Positions 12,572 through 24,498 of a stretch of 64,000 bases of DNA are shown piece by piece (within the stretch, counting starts at the first letter, position 1; each line of letters starts with the position of its first letter). Under the pieces are notes generated by a model, which did not search any database, was not told the origin of the DNA, and saw only the letters and a list, made by a program, of their open reading frames with translations. This stretch comes from Reclinomonas americana ATCC 50394 (lineage: Eukaryota). The DNA lies in the NCBI GenBank assembly GCA_048213135.1, contig PS015442.1, forward strand, positions 14,194-78,193, in the 5' to 3' direction. The position numbers and the translations under genes were made by a program.

Positions 12572-14144
12572 TGCGAGAGGGAGAGGAAGAGGCAGGTGGG
12601 TACATGATGATTGGTTAAAAACATCACAGGCAGACTGTCTCAAAAAGAGAGTGTGCGTCGCGGCGAGTTGCCCCGGCACATGACCGATGCATTGGCACAA
12701 CGCAGCCGCCGCTTTTGGCCATAAGGAGGAAGACAGCGAGGAGATTGCGGCATCAACACAGTGTGCAATATCACGCGCAGTAAATCCCAAGGCAGTGCAG
12801 AACAGCATGGCACGCAGTGGCATGCACAGAGGCACAGTGGAGAAAAAATTTGTGATCAGACGTGGGTCGGGACATACCAAAGAGGTTGAAAAACGACAAT
12901 TGCAGCGCGTGCGTGTGCGGCAGACAATGACGCGATGTGCGTGGAGTCCAAGGAAGAAGCGACACACGACAAAAAAGGTAAAAGGTGTGTGTGGAAAGGA
13001 AACACAAATCGGACGGCAGAAAACAGAAAAAGATAAACGGCTGTGCGCTGTCGAGCTCCATATGGTGCAGAGGGAAAAGGGGAAAGAATTGCGATGTGAC
13101 AGCGTGTGTGCATATGCGCTAGGGGCAAACGCAACCGCACAGATGGTAACGGAAGCGATTGAGAGCGAAAATCCATCGAGTGTCAGCAAACAACATCGCG
13201 GGGCTGTTTGTGCCGAGTGATGAAACGAGCAAACAGGCGACTGGTTGCCGATTTCTTCTCACTCTCACTTGCTCTCTCTCTCTCTCACACACACACTCAC
13301 ACTCTCCGACGCGCACATACACACACACACACACTCACTGCCTTAACACGCCTCAATGCACTACACGGCAGCAGCCAGCAGCAACACAAAGGAAAACATG
13401 CAATGTGCAGCGGCAATGCAACCAATCAAAACGTGATTTTTCGGCCACTGCTCACACGCGCTCACTCTCTCTCCCTCTCTCACACACACTCATGCGCACT
13501 CACCTCCATGTCACCAAACACGGGACTGGCACTGGCGCGTCGCTGGTCGCGACGCGCAGCAACCTCCTTGCTCATCGGAGGAGCACACACACACACGCGT
13601 GTGGAGAAGAGTGTGGTGGGGTAGTGTGTCGCACACACACTGGCAGTGATGCTTTCAGGTGGTGGTGGTGGTGCTGACCACCTCACCAATAAAAGCGCGC
13701 TCTCTCGACACAGAGACTGAGAGCGAATGACGATAAGACGGACGGGACACACACGCACTCACCAGAGGTGACAAACGGTGATGTGTCCGCACTCACCACT
13801 CGTCGATATACTGTCCGCCACCTCCTCTTTCTCTTCCACTTCTCTCAGCTTGCGCAGAACGACAATCACGAACGAAAAAAGGAAAGGAAGAAAATATAAG
13901 GTCTGGTTGGTGCGGTGGGTGGTGGTGCGAAACACAACACTAGCGCGCAGAGTGCGTGAGACTTGCTTCTTCGTGCGCCTCGCCCCCTCTGTCTCCTTGC
14001 CCGTGCTCAAACTCACGTGCACAGTCTGTTCTCTCGTGTTCGGGTTCGAGTGTGCGACAATGGTTTCCCTGTGAGGAGATTCAAATGAGATGCGGCATAC
14101 GCAGTCTGCTCTTTCACGTGCATGTCTCAAACGGGTGGACACAT

Positions 14145-14146
<2 letters not shown>

Positions 14147-14192
<46 letters not shown>
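14147..14192. repeat. Perfect (CA)n microsatellite
   Basis: Seen directly. Confidence 0.9.
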
Positions 14193-14195
<3 letters not shown>

Positions 14196-14430
14196 CTCTC
14201 TCTCCCCGTTGCGATACGTCACATTTGATTGTGAGAGATCGATCGATATCGAGATCGGTATAAACGTATCACTGCGTCGACACTCACAAGCGGGATGGCA
14301 TATTCCACGCACTCTCGCATTCGCTGCACACACGCATCTACTGCCACACACCGACCAAAGGAAAGGGGACACGCACGGTGTTAACCTCGTCGACTGTGGT
14401 TCACTGGAACCCAAATGCGGAGGCGCCAAT

Positions 14431-17400
14431 TCATTTTATCGAGCCGGCCGTGCTGGCTCCCACGGCTTTGCGCATTGTGGCCATCCAGTCGAGCTTGACT
14501 GCCTCTTGCACGCAGCGCACCAGCAACGATTGGTTGCTGTGCCGCGTGACCACCATGAAATAGTGCAGTGCATCTTGGCCGCGACCCTCCGCGCCCATGT
14601 CGCGCACCTCCAGCACGTCCGCCAACGGAATGCTGCGTCGCAGGTCGCGCTTGTTGGGCTTGAAGTAGCGCAGCACGCTTGCCTGTGTGCGATAAATAGA
14701 ATATGTGCATGAAAAATGGGCAAAGAGAAAACACGGACATGCAGACATCGTGGCCAAGATCTGACAAACCTCCAGCAAAAAGTAACGCACTCTCCAGTTC
14801 TTCCACACACGACCCTGTTTCTCCAGGAGGCCCACCTTGATCACCCTGTTGCGCGCATGCTCTGGCATATTCGGTGGCAGTTGATCAGTGGCAATCGGGA
14901 CAACTGCCGCCGCGGTGGGGGTCGTTGCAGCTGGCGCTGCAGGCACAGTACTGGGCACTTGCGGTGCTAGTGACCGTGCTGTCATTGTCGCCGGCCGTGC
15001 CGCACTCCGCAGCTCCATGGCCTCCTGCTCCAGTGCCGCGTAGCGTGTCAACAAATCTCGATATCTCTGCTTCTCGGCCTCCATCAGCCCGCGCACTCGT
15101 CGCATGCAGCGAAACACGTCGTCTTCCACCCGCGCTCTGCATACAGAGCGGGTCAGAGAGAGCGAGTGCGCACGCACACACATATACGCGTGAAGACTAG
15201 TCTCTCAAAGTACCGCTTGGCATCGGCGTCGTCTTGCATGTGCAGACCAATGTCGTGGTTGGCGTGGCCGATCAACTCGCGCAGTCCCTGCAGCACGTGA
15301 TCGCGGTACTGGAACACGGGCGATGCCAGTGGTTCTTGCACGCGCTGGAGGAGGGAACAGCAGATGAATGGAGAAGGGAAGAGAAGTGAAGAAGCGGGGA
15401 GTGCACGCACCAGTCGGCGGTACATGTCGTCGGGTGCCGATCGAGTCGGCAGCTCATGGTCGTCCACTCGCGAGATTTCGTCCCCGCCGAGCGCCTCCCC
15501 GCGCAGCAATGCGTCGGCCTCCCACACTGGCGTCTGCGTACCGACATCCACCGGCCGCTGTTCGCGTCGTAGGAGCTCCATCAGCGGATTGCCGGCCACA
15601 AAGAACGCCGGTGGGCGCTCTGGATCCGCAGACACCTGAAACGACACGCCACGTCGACGAGCCTTAACAGTTTGCTCGTCGAGTGGCATCCCACGCATGC
15701 TCTGCGGTCGTGAGTTGCTGATGCGTACGTGACGCCGACTGCTGGCACCCGACACCAGCGACGACACTGGTGCAGCGGAATCGACGGCTTCGCCTCCGGT
15801 ACCCGCCTCGCCTTTCGCCTGCTCGTCTTGATCGGTGTTCACCGTCGCGGGCGCCGCCTGTCGAAGCACAGAAACACACACTCAGCACAAGCTGTCACGT
15901 AGCAATCGTTCTGTGTTTTTCGACGACGCAACTTCCTCGACGACATCGTGCACGCCACTGCTCTGCTCCCCCTCCACCTCCCCCTCCCTCTCCTCCTTCT
16001 TTTCCCCCTCCTCCTCCTCTTCCTCCTCGTCGCCCGACGACGACGACATCAGCTCATCGTCGAGAAAGCCGCCAAGCTCGGCCGCCAAGTCGCGCCCGAC
16101 ATCACCCGACAGCGACGGATCGGGTTCCGCAAACTCGGGGTAGTCATCGAGCAGCGAGTGCGGTAATCTGCCGCTGAACTGTGTCGTCGGCCACCATCAC
16201 ACTTCCCGTGAGTGGGAGGAAGGAGGCACCGCAGAGAGAGACAGCAACGAAACTCTTGCAACTCGAGCCAGGTACTGATTGGCCGAGAGCGTTCGCTGCA
16301 AGGCCTCCGCGTTCGAGGCATCCAGCTCCGCGTCGAGCGCCATCCCTCCATCTCCGTGCAGCACCTCGTCCCGCGACACACGCCGATGCATGCTCGGAGG
16401 CCGACTCGCCGCAAACAGTTGCTGCCTGAGTGTGCCACACGAATCAGACNNNNNNNNNNNNNNNNNNNNNNNNNNNNNNNNNNNNNNNNNNNNNNNNNNN
16501 NNNNNNNNNNNNNNNNNNNNNNNNNNNNNNNNNNNNNNNNNNNNNNNNNNNNNNNNNNNNNNNNNNNNNNNNNNNNNNNNNNNNNNNNNNNNNNNNNNNN
16601 NNNNNNNNNNNNNNNNNNNNNNNNNNNNNNNNNNNNNNNNNNNNNNNNNNNNNNNNNNNNNNNNNNNNNNNNNNNNNNNNNNNNNNNNNNNNNNNNNNNN
16701 NNNNNNNNNNNNNNNNNNNNNNNNNNNNNNNNNNNNNNNNNNNNNNNNNNNNNNNNNNNNNNNNNNNNNNNNNNNNNNNNNNNNNNNNNNNNNNNNNNNN
16801 NNNNNNNNNNNNNNNNNNNNNNNNNNNNNNNNNNNNNNNNNNNNNNNNNNNNNNNNNNNNNNNNNNNNNNNNNNNNNNNNNNNNNNNNNNNNNNNNNNNN
16901 NNNNNNNNNNNNNNNNNNNNNNNNNNNNNNNNNNNNNNNNNNNNNNNNNNNNNNNNNNNNNNNNNNNNNNNNNNNNNNNNNNNNNNNNNNNNATTGTGTG
17001 CACCCTTGCGAGAGCGCAGGCAGGCCTGTACGCGACTTTTCGAGCAGGGTGATGCGTGCGTGAGCGCCCTCCAGCAGCTCCTGCAGCTGCAACACCGTGT
17101 TGACCATCACATGGCCGTCGCGCACGAGGATCACATCGGCGAGTGTCTGCTCGGCGACTGTGAGGAAGTCTTCGTCGTCGTTGTCCTCGACGAAGCTCGC
17201 TGGGCTGCTGCTGCGTCCCATCGGCGAGGGTGCACGCAGTGTCGACTGAGCACAGGCGAGTGAGTGAGCGTGTGTGTGCGTGAGAGAGAGTGAGAGAGAA
17301 TGCATGCAAGACGTGCATTGCCACGCCGAGTGCTGTGGACTGGCACTGCGCCGCCGTTGACCGTCAGCAGAAAGGCTCCACTCGCCGCCTGCAAGCGCAC

Positions 17401-17458
17401 ATATGAGCAGAGGTGTGTCTTTGTGTGCGTGTGTGAGGAAAGGGGGACGACGTGCCAT
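14431..17458 (-). CDS. Coiled-coil plus C-terminal PH-domain protein; spans an N-gap, start tentative
   Basis: IKVGLLEKQGRVWKNWRVRYFLLE|ASVLRYFK...SIPLADV...LDWMATMRKA is a PH domain. It is preceded by a coiled coil and acidic tracts. Confidence 0.75.
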
Positions 17459-17509
17459 CGGAAGAAGCGTGCGCGACAACAAAAACGATTGGTTGTGACT
17501 GTTTCACTG

Positions 17510-19581
17510 TCAGTACTCGCGGTCCCAGTCGGCTTCATACAACAGGTTCTCCACCAAGTGCTCCGAGGCTGGGCTGGTGACATCGGGGGCCTGTGAGAGT
17601 TCGCGTCGGAGCCATCGTTTGCAGTTTTCCTCAAACAGCTCGACCACATCTGGTAACGCAAAGTTAGTTGTCGTCGTCTGGCGCACTTGTCGTGCTGGCT
17701 CTCTCACCTCGGGTTCGCGTCGGTGCCGCCACGTGCGGTGTAATGTACGCGTTGCGGCGCGTCCACAGTGGATGCGAGCTGGGCAGTGGTTCTTCGGGGA
17801 ACACGTCGAGCACGGCGGCGCCGAGCCAGCCGCTGTCGAGTGCACGCAGGAGCGTGTCCAGGTCGATCACGTCGCCGCGGCCGACGTTGATGAACACGCA
17901 GCCTCGCTTGCAGTCCGACAGCACGCTACCGGCCAGCAGATGTCGTGTGCTGCTGGTGCTCGGCATCACATTCACAATGTAGTCGCACCCGCTCAGGAAG
18001 CTCGTCAGCTGCGTCCGTGTAAACGTAATGTCCACGTGTCGCAGTGGCCGGTGTGATTGCACAAAGCCCCACACCTGCACCGATGGGGATTCAGCAGTCG
18101 GCTCACGACGAAGTTGAATTGTGTGAGCTGATGCGCGACAAACCTCGGCGCGGAACTGCTTGAGTGCAGCACACACGCACTGGCCAATGTCTCCACCGGC
18201 ACCCATGACGCCAATTATTAGCGACGACACGGGTCGTGTGTGAGTAAAGTCCTCCGGCTGCCACCTGGATTGCAGCTGCGCGTCGCGCATCGACAGCAAT
18301 CGTCGTTCCATCGACAGCACATACATCAGCACGTATTCTGCCATGGCCGGTCCAAAGACGCCACCGAGTCGAGTCAGCACGAATCGCTGCAGGGTGCGAT
18401 CCTCCTCTACGAGATAGAAAAAAAGAGGAGTGAGTTACTCGTGTTTTTCCCTTTCTTCTCTAGCGCAGACTTTGGCGGTCACGCAACGCTGCTTCATGTC
18501 GCCCACTTTGGCCGCCAGCACGGCCAGTTCCTCGGCCAGCGCCTACTCACATCATCAGCATATCGCTGACACGGTGCGCCACAGATCTTGCCGTCACACT
18601 CACCTCACTCTGCTCGCGCAGCGGTCTCGTCATCTCCAGCATGAGTGAAAACGACACAAACGCCGACAACCACTTGTACAGCACTCCACACGCCTTGCTC
18701 GCCCGATTCACGCTCTCGTACGAGTATTGTGAGCAGTTCAGGAGCCGCGCATTGACGAAATCGCGCACTGGCCGACGCATGCGAAGACCCGTGTTTTGGT
18801 CCGTCAGGCGCTGGAAAAAGTCGGGTCTCCGCACCATTCTGTGCACGCACAAATAATTGTCACGCAACATCATCATGTTTTCTTCATCACACAACACACA
18901 CCTTCTTGTCTCCTCCCAGTCCACCGGCGTACTGAAATCATTCATCACGGCGCACACGGCCAGCAAGCACGCACGCACAGCCTCCGGGGGATTCGTCAAT
19001 GAGCGCGACTCGTCGTGATATCTCTTCTCAATGGATGCCAGCAGTGCCATGGCTTCCTCCACCGCCGGCGCAGTGGCCGACAGCGCCTCCTCCAACTTGG
19101 CCTTGCGTGCCTCCAAGTCGGCAGTGCGTGTCGCCAACTCGGCCAGTAGCTCATTCTTCCTGCGTGTCAACTCGGTCAGTTGCTCTCGATCCGCACGGTG
19201 TTGCTGCATCAGGGCATCGACACCGGCCGTGGTGGCCTGGAACCACTGCGCGACAGTACATGTCATTACAAAAGCAAGGCCAATGATGTGTACACGTGCC
19301 TGTGCGGACCAACCTTGAGATTCGACGCATGCTTCATCAGTGGCGCCAGTCGTGCAGGACTGCCAACGGCAATCTCCACCGTCCTCAGCTTCTCCGCCGC
19401 CGAGCTCTCCTCTGCCGCGGCGAACGTGAGAGGCAAGAACGAAAAAAGGCAAAGAATAATATGCTTGCAGCGCACCTTCATCCGCGGCAATCTCCACGAA
19501 ATCACAGTAGGGGCACACTTCGCGCAAGCTCTCCACCAGACCCGTCAGCTTGCCACTCAGCACGGCCACTCGCTTCCGCAT
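17510..19581 (-). CDS. D-2-hydroxyacid dehydrogenase (GhrA-like glyoxylate/hydroxypyruvate reductase family) with an inserted dynein stalk and microtubule-binding domain; 8 exons, 535 aa
   Basis: Exons 19581-19476, 19411-19314, 19245-18902, 18838-18604, 18542-18488, 18406-18144, 18074-17708 and 17649-17510. All 7 introns are GT-AG and the total of 1608 nt is in frame. Enzyme motifs: NLKWFQATTAGVD, LTRLGGVFGPAMAEY, GVMGAGGDIG, FINVGRG, LDVFPEEPL, ITPHVAA. Insert motifs: NPPEAVR, YESVNRASKACGVLYKW. Confidence 0.9.
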
Positions 19582-19655
19582 GGTGGAAAACTCTGCATAC
19601 CGCGGTCGAAGGGTAAGAGAGGGAGAGAGGAAGCAATGCTTGAAGACTCGCGGCA

Positions 19656-21872
19656 TCACCAACCGTGCGACAGCTTGATGAATGCAAGGTCCGAGTTGCG
19701 TCGATCTTGCAGAATCGCCGCCAGCTGCCTCTCCTCCTCCTGCTCACTGTGCAGCAGGAGCGACTCGTGTGCCCGTTGCCGCTCGCGAACCTGCTGCTGC
19801 AGAAACTGGCCACTCTGTGGTCGCCGAAGCGACCCATTCACCTTCTCGCGCGCCACAATCGGACCCTCCTGCAACAGCGTGGCCAACAGGCGCGCACCCG
19901 GTGTCGACGGCGGCGACGATGACGGCGACAGCTGCATCCGCTCAATGCCACTTACTTCACCACTCCCGCCCCCGCCACTGCCACCACCACCACCACCGGT
20001 GCCCTTCCATCCCGCCGTCCCCGGTCGCGCCTTTTGCATACCCATGACCGTGCCAACAGCATTAGCAGGGCCGACGGCCGCCGGAGGAGCCGTGGTGGTG
20101 GTCGTTGTCGAAGAGAGTAGGAGAGCAGATGCACTGCTGACACTGGTACCCAGCAACGCTTCGCGCAAACTGCATCGCAGTGCCGCCAGTGATTCCGCAG
20201 ACGGTGGTGGTGGCGGTGATGGTGTGCGTGAGCGCGACTCGAGTGGTGGAGGCAGTATGTCGTCCACACCAGACAACGATCCGGCAGCCGACAAAGCACG
20301 CTCATCCAACGATGGACGAGTGAAGCCGATAGCAGTCTGAGCACGCCGAGGCGGCGGCTGCACTCTGCCACTGTTGTCCCTCCGTGACTCCTTCTCCTCC
20401 CGCAGCCAGCGATACTGCTCCAACACAACACCAGGTTTCACATTGTCTGCCGATGCCATCACCACACCACCACCGTCGCCATCGTCGTCAACACCGTCGT
20501 CACCGCCACTGTAGTCATCGCCGTAGTCATCATCGTCACGCTCACCGCCCACCACCACATCATCATCGTCCTCGGTTGCGCCGGCAAAGCGGCCCCCACT
20601 GCGAGTCTGCGACAGAAACGCACCACGATCGTCACTGTTGGTGCGCCGCGACTGCGTCGAAGAAGAGGGCTTGGCGCCGGTGCCGCGCACCAACGCCGAG
20701 CTGGCACTGCGTGTCTTCAACAGTCGACTCTGTCGCTCCACTGCTGCCGCCGACATGCGCTCCTCGCCCTGTGCAGCTCCTGCTGCTCCGGTGGCGGCGA
20801 CAGCTGATCGACTCGCACTGGAGGTCGACGGACGTCGTCCACGGTCGCCGGTCGAAGACGCGGAACGCGCCTGTCGCGTGCTCTTGGTGGAGTTGGCCAT
20901 CAGAGGCACGGTGCGCGCACTCGACCGCCGTGATGATGACGACGAGTCACCACCACCACCACCGCCACCACCATAGCCACCATCGCCGACAGCATCGACT
21001 CCTTCAGCGGCGTGATTTGGAAACGGCAACGGCTGCGGTCCGCTTGCCGCTGCTGCTGCCGTTGCTGCACTGCCGCCCTTCCATGCCGCGTGCGCAGTGG
21101 CCCACGAATTCTGCTTGGACGACAGCCGCGGTGCATTGCGCAGTGCGTCGCTCGCGGTGTGGCCGAGTGCTGAACTCGAGCGCGGCGGCAGTGGCAACGA
21201 TGGTTCGGGCGACACTGCGCCGGGCCGCGTTAATGATGCAGACTGCGCCAAAGAAACACAGTAAGGAACGAATGCCACACTCGCACGACACAGCAGCGGC
21301 GGCACACACGCACCCGCGGCGCCGGTCGCACGTGCGAACCCAAGATCATGCCCGACGCGAGTCGACCGCGCACCTCGTCGTCGGCGGCGCCGTCGTCATC
21401 ATCATCGTCGCCGAGGCCCAACCGCTTTGCCGAATCACCCAGTGCGTTGCGCATCGCAGCGGCGATCTGTGCCGACCCCAGTACCTGCGACGGCGAAGGG
21501 CGGCGTCCACCAGGCGCCGTTCGCGAACGATGCAGCTCGTGTGTCAGTCGACGAGCCGGTGGCGCTGCGCAGCACACGAGTGAGAACAGATGGTTGAGAG
21601 AAAGAGAGAGGGAGGGAGAGAGGAAGAGGCAGCGATCGCAAACCTTCGACGCCCTCTCCATACACCGCCGCGACGCGCTGCAAATCGGTTCCACCTATAC
21701 ACCATGTTAACAATCACTCCTCCTTTCCTCTCCCTCTCCCTCTCCCTCTCTCACGCAGACACATACCCGCGGCGGTGGTGTTGGCGCGTTGCAAGGCATG
21801 CGAGTGAGCGCGCTTAAGCACGGGTTCGCGCTTGTGTTGCAACAGCATCGACGTGGCCTCTTCCACACTCAT
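19656..21872 (-). CDS. Low-complexity Ser/Ala/Gly/Arg-rich hypothetical protein, spliced
   Basis: Long open frame at 19656-21305 plus frame-compatible upstream exons starting MSVEEATSMLLQHK; no family recognised. Confidence 0.55.
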
Positions 21873-22277
21873 TGGCGGCTCCTCCAGTCGTTGCTGATGT
21901 TGATGGTGATGAACATGTGCGCTGGCCGCACGGATCGCCGAGGCGCCTCTGTGGAGCGAATGATTGTGTGAGATGAGGCGAAACGAACGAGAGGGAGCGA
22001 GCGATCGTAAACGGGCGCGCAGAACTCTTTGACGAGAATGGTGCGTGCGGGGACTTGGCGGTGGCGAGGCGCAAGTGTGCCTGGTGAGAAGAGGTGCCCG
22101 GCCGATGTCGAGTGCTTTCCGGCACGGAGCGGGAAGCGTGCATACAGGTCGTCGCCCGCGCTCATCAGACAAATCCTATCCAATCAGAAAATGGCCGTTT
22201 CGTCGCTCGGAAATCTGGGAGACTTTCACTAAAAAAAACTTGACGCGCTATCGGTATGCGTAGGTGTGTATCAGTGT

Positions 22278-24256
22278 CTACTCTCTGCGCGGTGCTGCGG
22301 CGTTTGCGACTACAGCTCCTCGTTCTTCCTCGTGCGCTTCCTCGATGTGTCGACCGGTGTGGTTCTCCTGCACCAATGGTGTGAGCAAGAGGGCAAACCA
22401 TCTTGNNNNNNNNNNNNNNNNNNNNNNNNNNNNNNNNNNNNNNNNNNNNNNNNNNNNNNNNNNNNNNNNNNNNNNNNNNNNNNNNNNNNNNNNNNNNNNN
22501 NNNNNNNNNNNNNNNNNNNNNNNNNNNNNNNNNNNNNNNNNNNNNNNNNNNNNNNNNNNNNNNNNNNNNNNNNNNNNNNNNNNNNNNNNNNNNNNNNNNN
22601 NNNNNNNNNNNNNNNNNNNNNNNNNNNNNNNNNNNNNNNNNNNNNNNNNNNNNNNNNNNNNNNNNNNNNNNNNNNNNNNNNNNNNNNNNNNNNNNNNNNN
22701 NNNNNNNNNNNNNNNNNNNNNNNNNNNNNNNNNNNNNNNNNNNNNNNNNNNNNNNNNNNNNNNNNNNNNNNNNNNNNNNNNNNNNNNNNNNNNNNNNNNN
22801 NNNNNNNNNNNNNNNNNNNNNNNNNNNNNNNNNNNNNNNNNNNNNNNNNNNNNNNNNNNNNNNNNNNNNNNNNNNNNNNNNNNNNNNNNNNNNNNNNNNN
22901 NNNNNNNNNNNNNNNNNNNNNNNNNNNNNNNNNNNNNNNNNNNNNNNNNNNNNNNNNNNNNNNNNNNNNNNNNNNNNNNNNNNNNNNNNNNNNNNNNNNN
23001 NNNNNNNNNNNNNNNNNNNNNNNNNNNNNNNNNNNNNNNNNNNNNNNNNNNNNNNNNNNNNNNNNCGACGCGGGTGAACGTCTCCAGGTCTGTGTATGTG
23101 CGTACGTGAGGGCCACTTTTCAACAACAAGCAGCGCAGGAGGGTGGACGACGCAACGCTCCGGCTTTGCAGGGTCAATGTACGCCACCACACGGGCATCG
23201 GCGACCGCACGGCCAAACGCAATCTCGTCGTCCTCGTCCTTGATCTCGTACACTGGCTGTCCAGCACCCAGCGCCTGGAAGTAATCGACGGCCCTATCAA
23301 CACACGCAGAGTCAGTACCTCCACACACATTGCTTCCTTTGCCACGACTCGCTCTCAACTTTTGCGGCTGGAACCAGTCCATCTGCCACGGACGCGCCAC
23401 ACCCTCACTGTCACGCGCACACACGTGAGACAAAGGACCAACAGCAGATAGAGGCGACGACTGCGGCGCACCGAACGACCCACACGGACGGGATCATCAT
23501 CTTTTGGTGGGAGATCGGACCAAAGAAGGGGCTGGCCTGGTTGAAGGCCACCATGGTCTCGTTGTACTTGGGCACATCGATCATCGCACAGCGGTACACT
23601 GCGTGCTCGATCTGCAGCTGGCGGATCATATCCTCGCGCGTGCGGCAAATGTCGCACAGCTTGCGATCACTCGCCGTACTGCACGAAAATGCAGGCGAGT
23701 TGTCAGCGGAAATATCAATACGCAGAGTCTGTGCTCGACGAAACACACATACGCAGAGAGACAGAGTGACGGAGAGAGTAAGAGAGAGAGAAAGAGCGTG
23801 TGTGTGTTTTCGGTGGTTTGGTTTGCGCGCCATTGCCACGTGCATGCGTCACATACGCAAACAGAAAGCAACGAGTGGAGCAAGACGCAACAGCAAGAGA
23901 ATGCCGACATCCTGCGGGCCCTTCGGCTTCATCCACTTCTTCAGCGCCGACTCGGTCAGCGATCGCAGCGGAGGGAACTTGTTCAAGTGCTCTGCAAAAC
24001 ACAACAGAAGTCAGTTGCACATACGCACACAAGAGAGAGAGAGAGAGGAGACAACGCGCGCGCGCTCTTTCTCTTCACTGTCAGGCATACCAATGAACTG
24101 CTCATCGTCTTGCTCCGCGGGCTTCACCTGATCCTCGTTATCCTGCTGCGGTGTGACAGGCACCGAGTGGCGCGGAGTGCGCTGCGCCTCGGCCACCAAC
24201 GCCACGGCAAGCAGCACCAGCAGCAACACAGAGAGAGACCACCGTGTCGACGTCAT
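22278..24256 (-). CDS. Signal-peptide-bearing hypothetical protein, possibly an ER thioredoxin-fold protein; spans an N-gap
   Basis: Signal peptide MTSTRWSLSVLLLVLLAVALVAEA. Contains a CDIC motif, and the segment VYEIKDEDDEIAFGRAVADARVVAY resembles a PDI b-domain start (weak). Confidence 0.55.
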
Positions 24257-24498
24257 CTCCTCTCGCACGCGGAAGAAAAGGGGAAAAGTGCCACGTGGCG
24301 CCGTGTGATGGACACCGGTGGCACCGACCGATGTCTAACAACGTGCTTCTGGACAAGGGTCGACATCGACTTTGCGATGTTGTGTGCAGTGGCGCGCGAT
24401 GTGCAGCTCGCGGCCGGCGATCACGTGCTCGGCTGGCGACGATATGTTGCGCGCGCGTGTGCACATATGTCTCTCTCTTAGTGTCTCTCTCACACACA

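Noticed and set aside
13759-14330. Possible small gene between the homeobox and PH-domain genes
   Set aside because: No consistent exon chain or homology; mixed with microsatellites.
18488-19210. Dynein heavy-chain gene fragment or pseudogene nested in another gene
   Set aside because: It is in frame and co-exonic with the dehydrogenase N-terminal half, has no stops, and has no flanking AAA4/AAA5 sequence.
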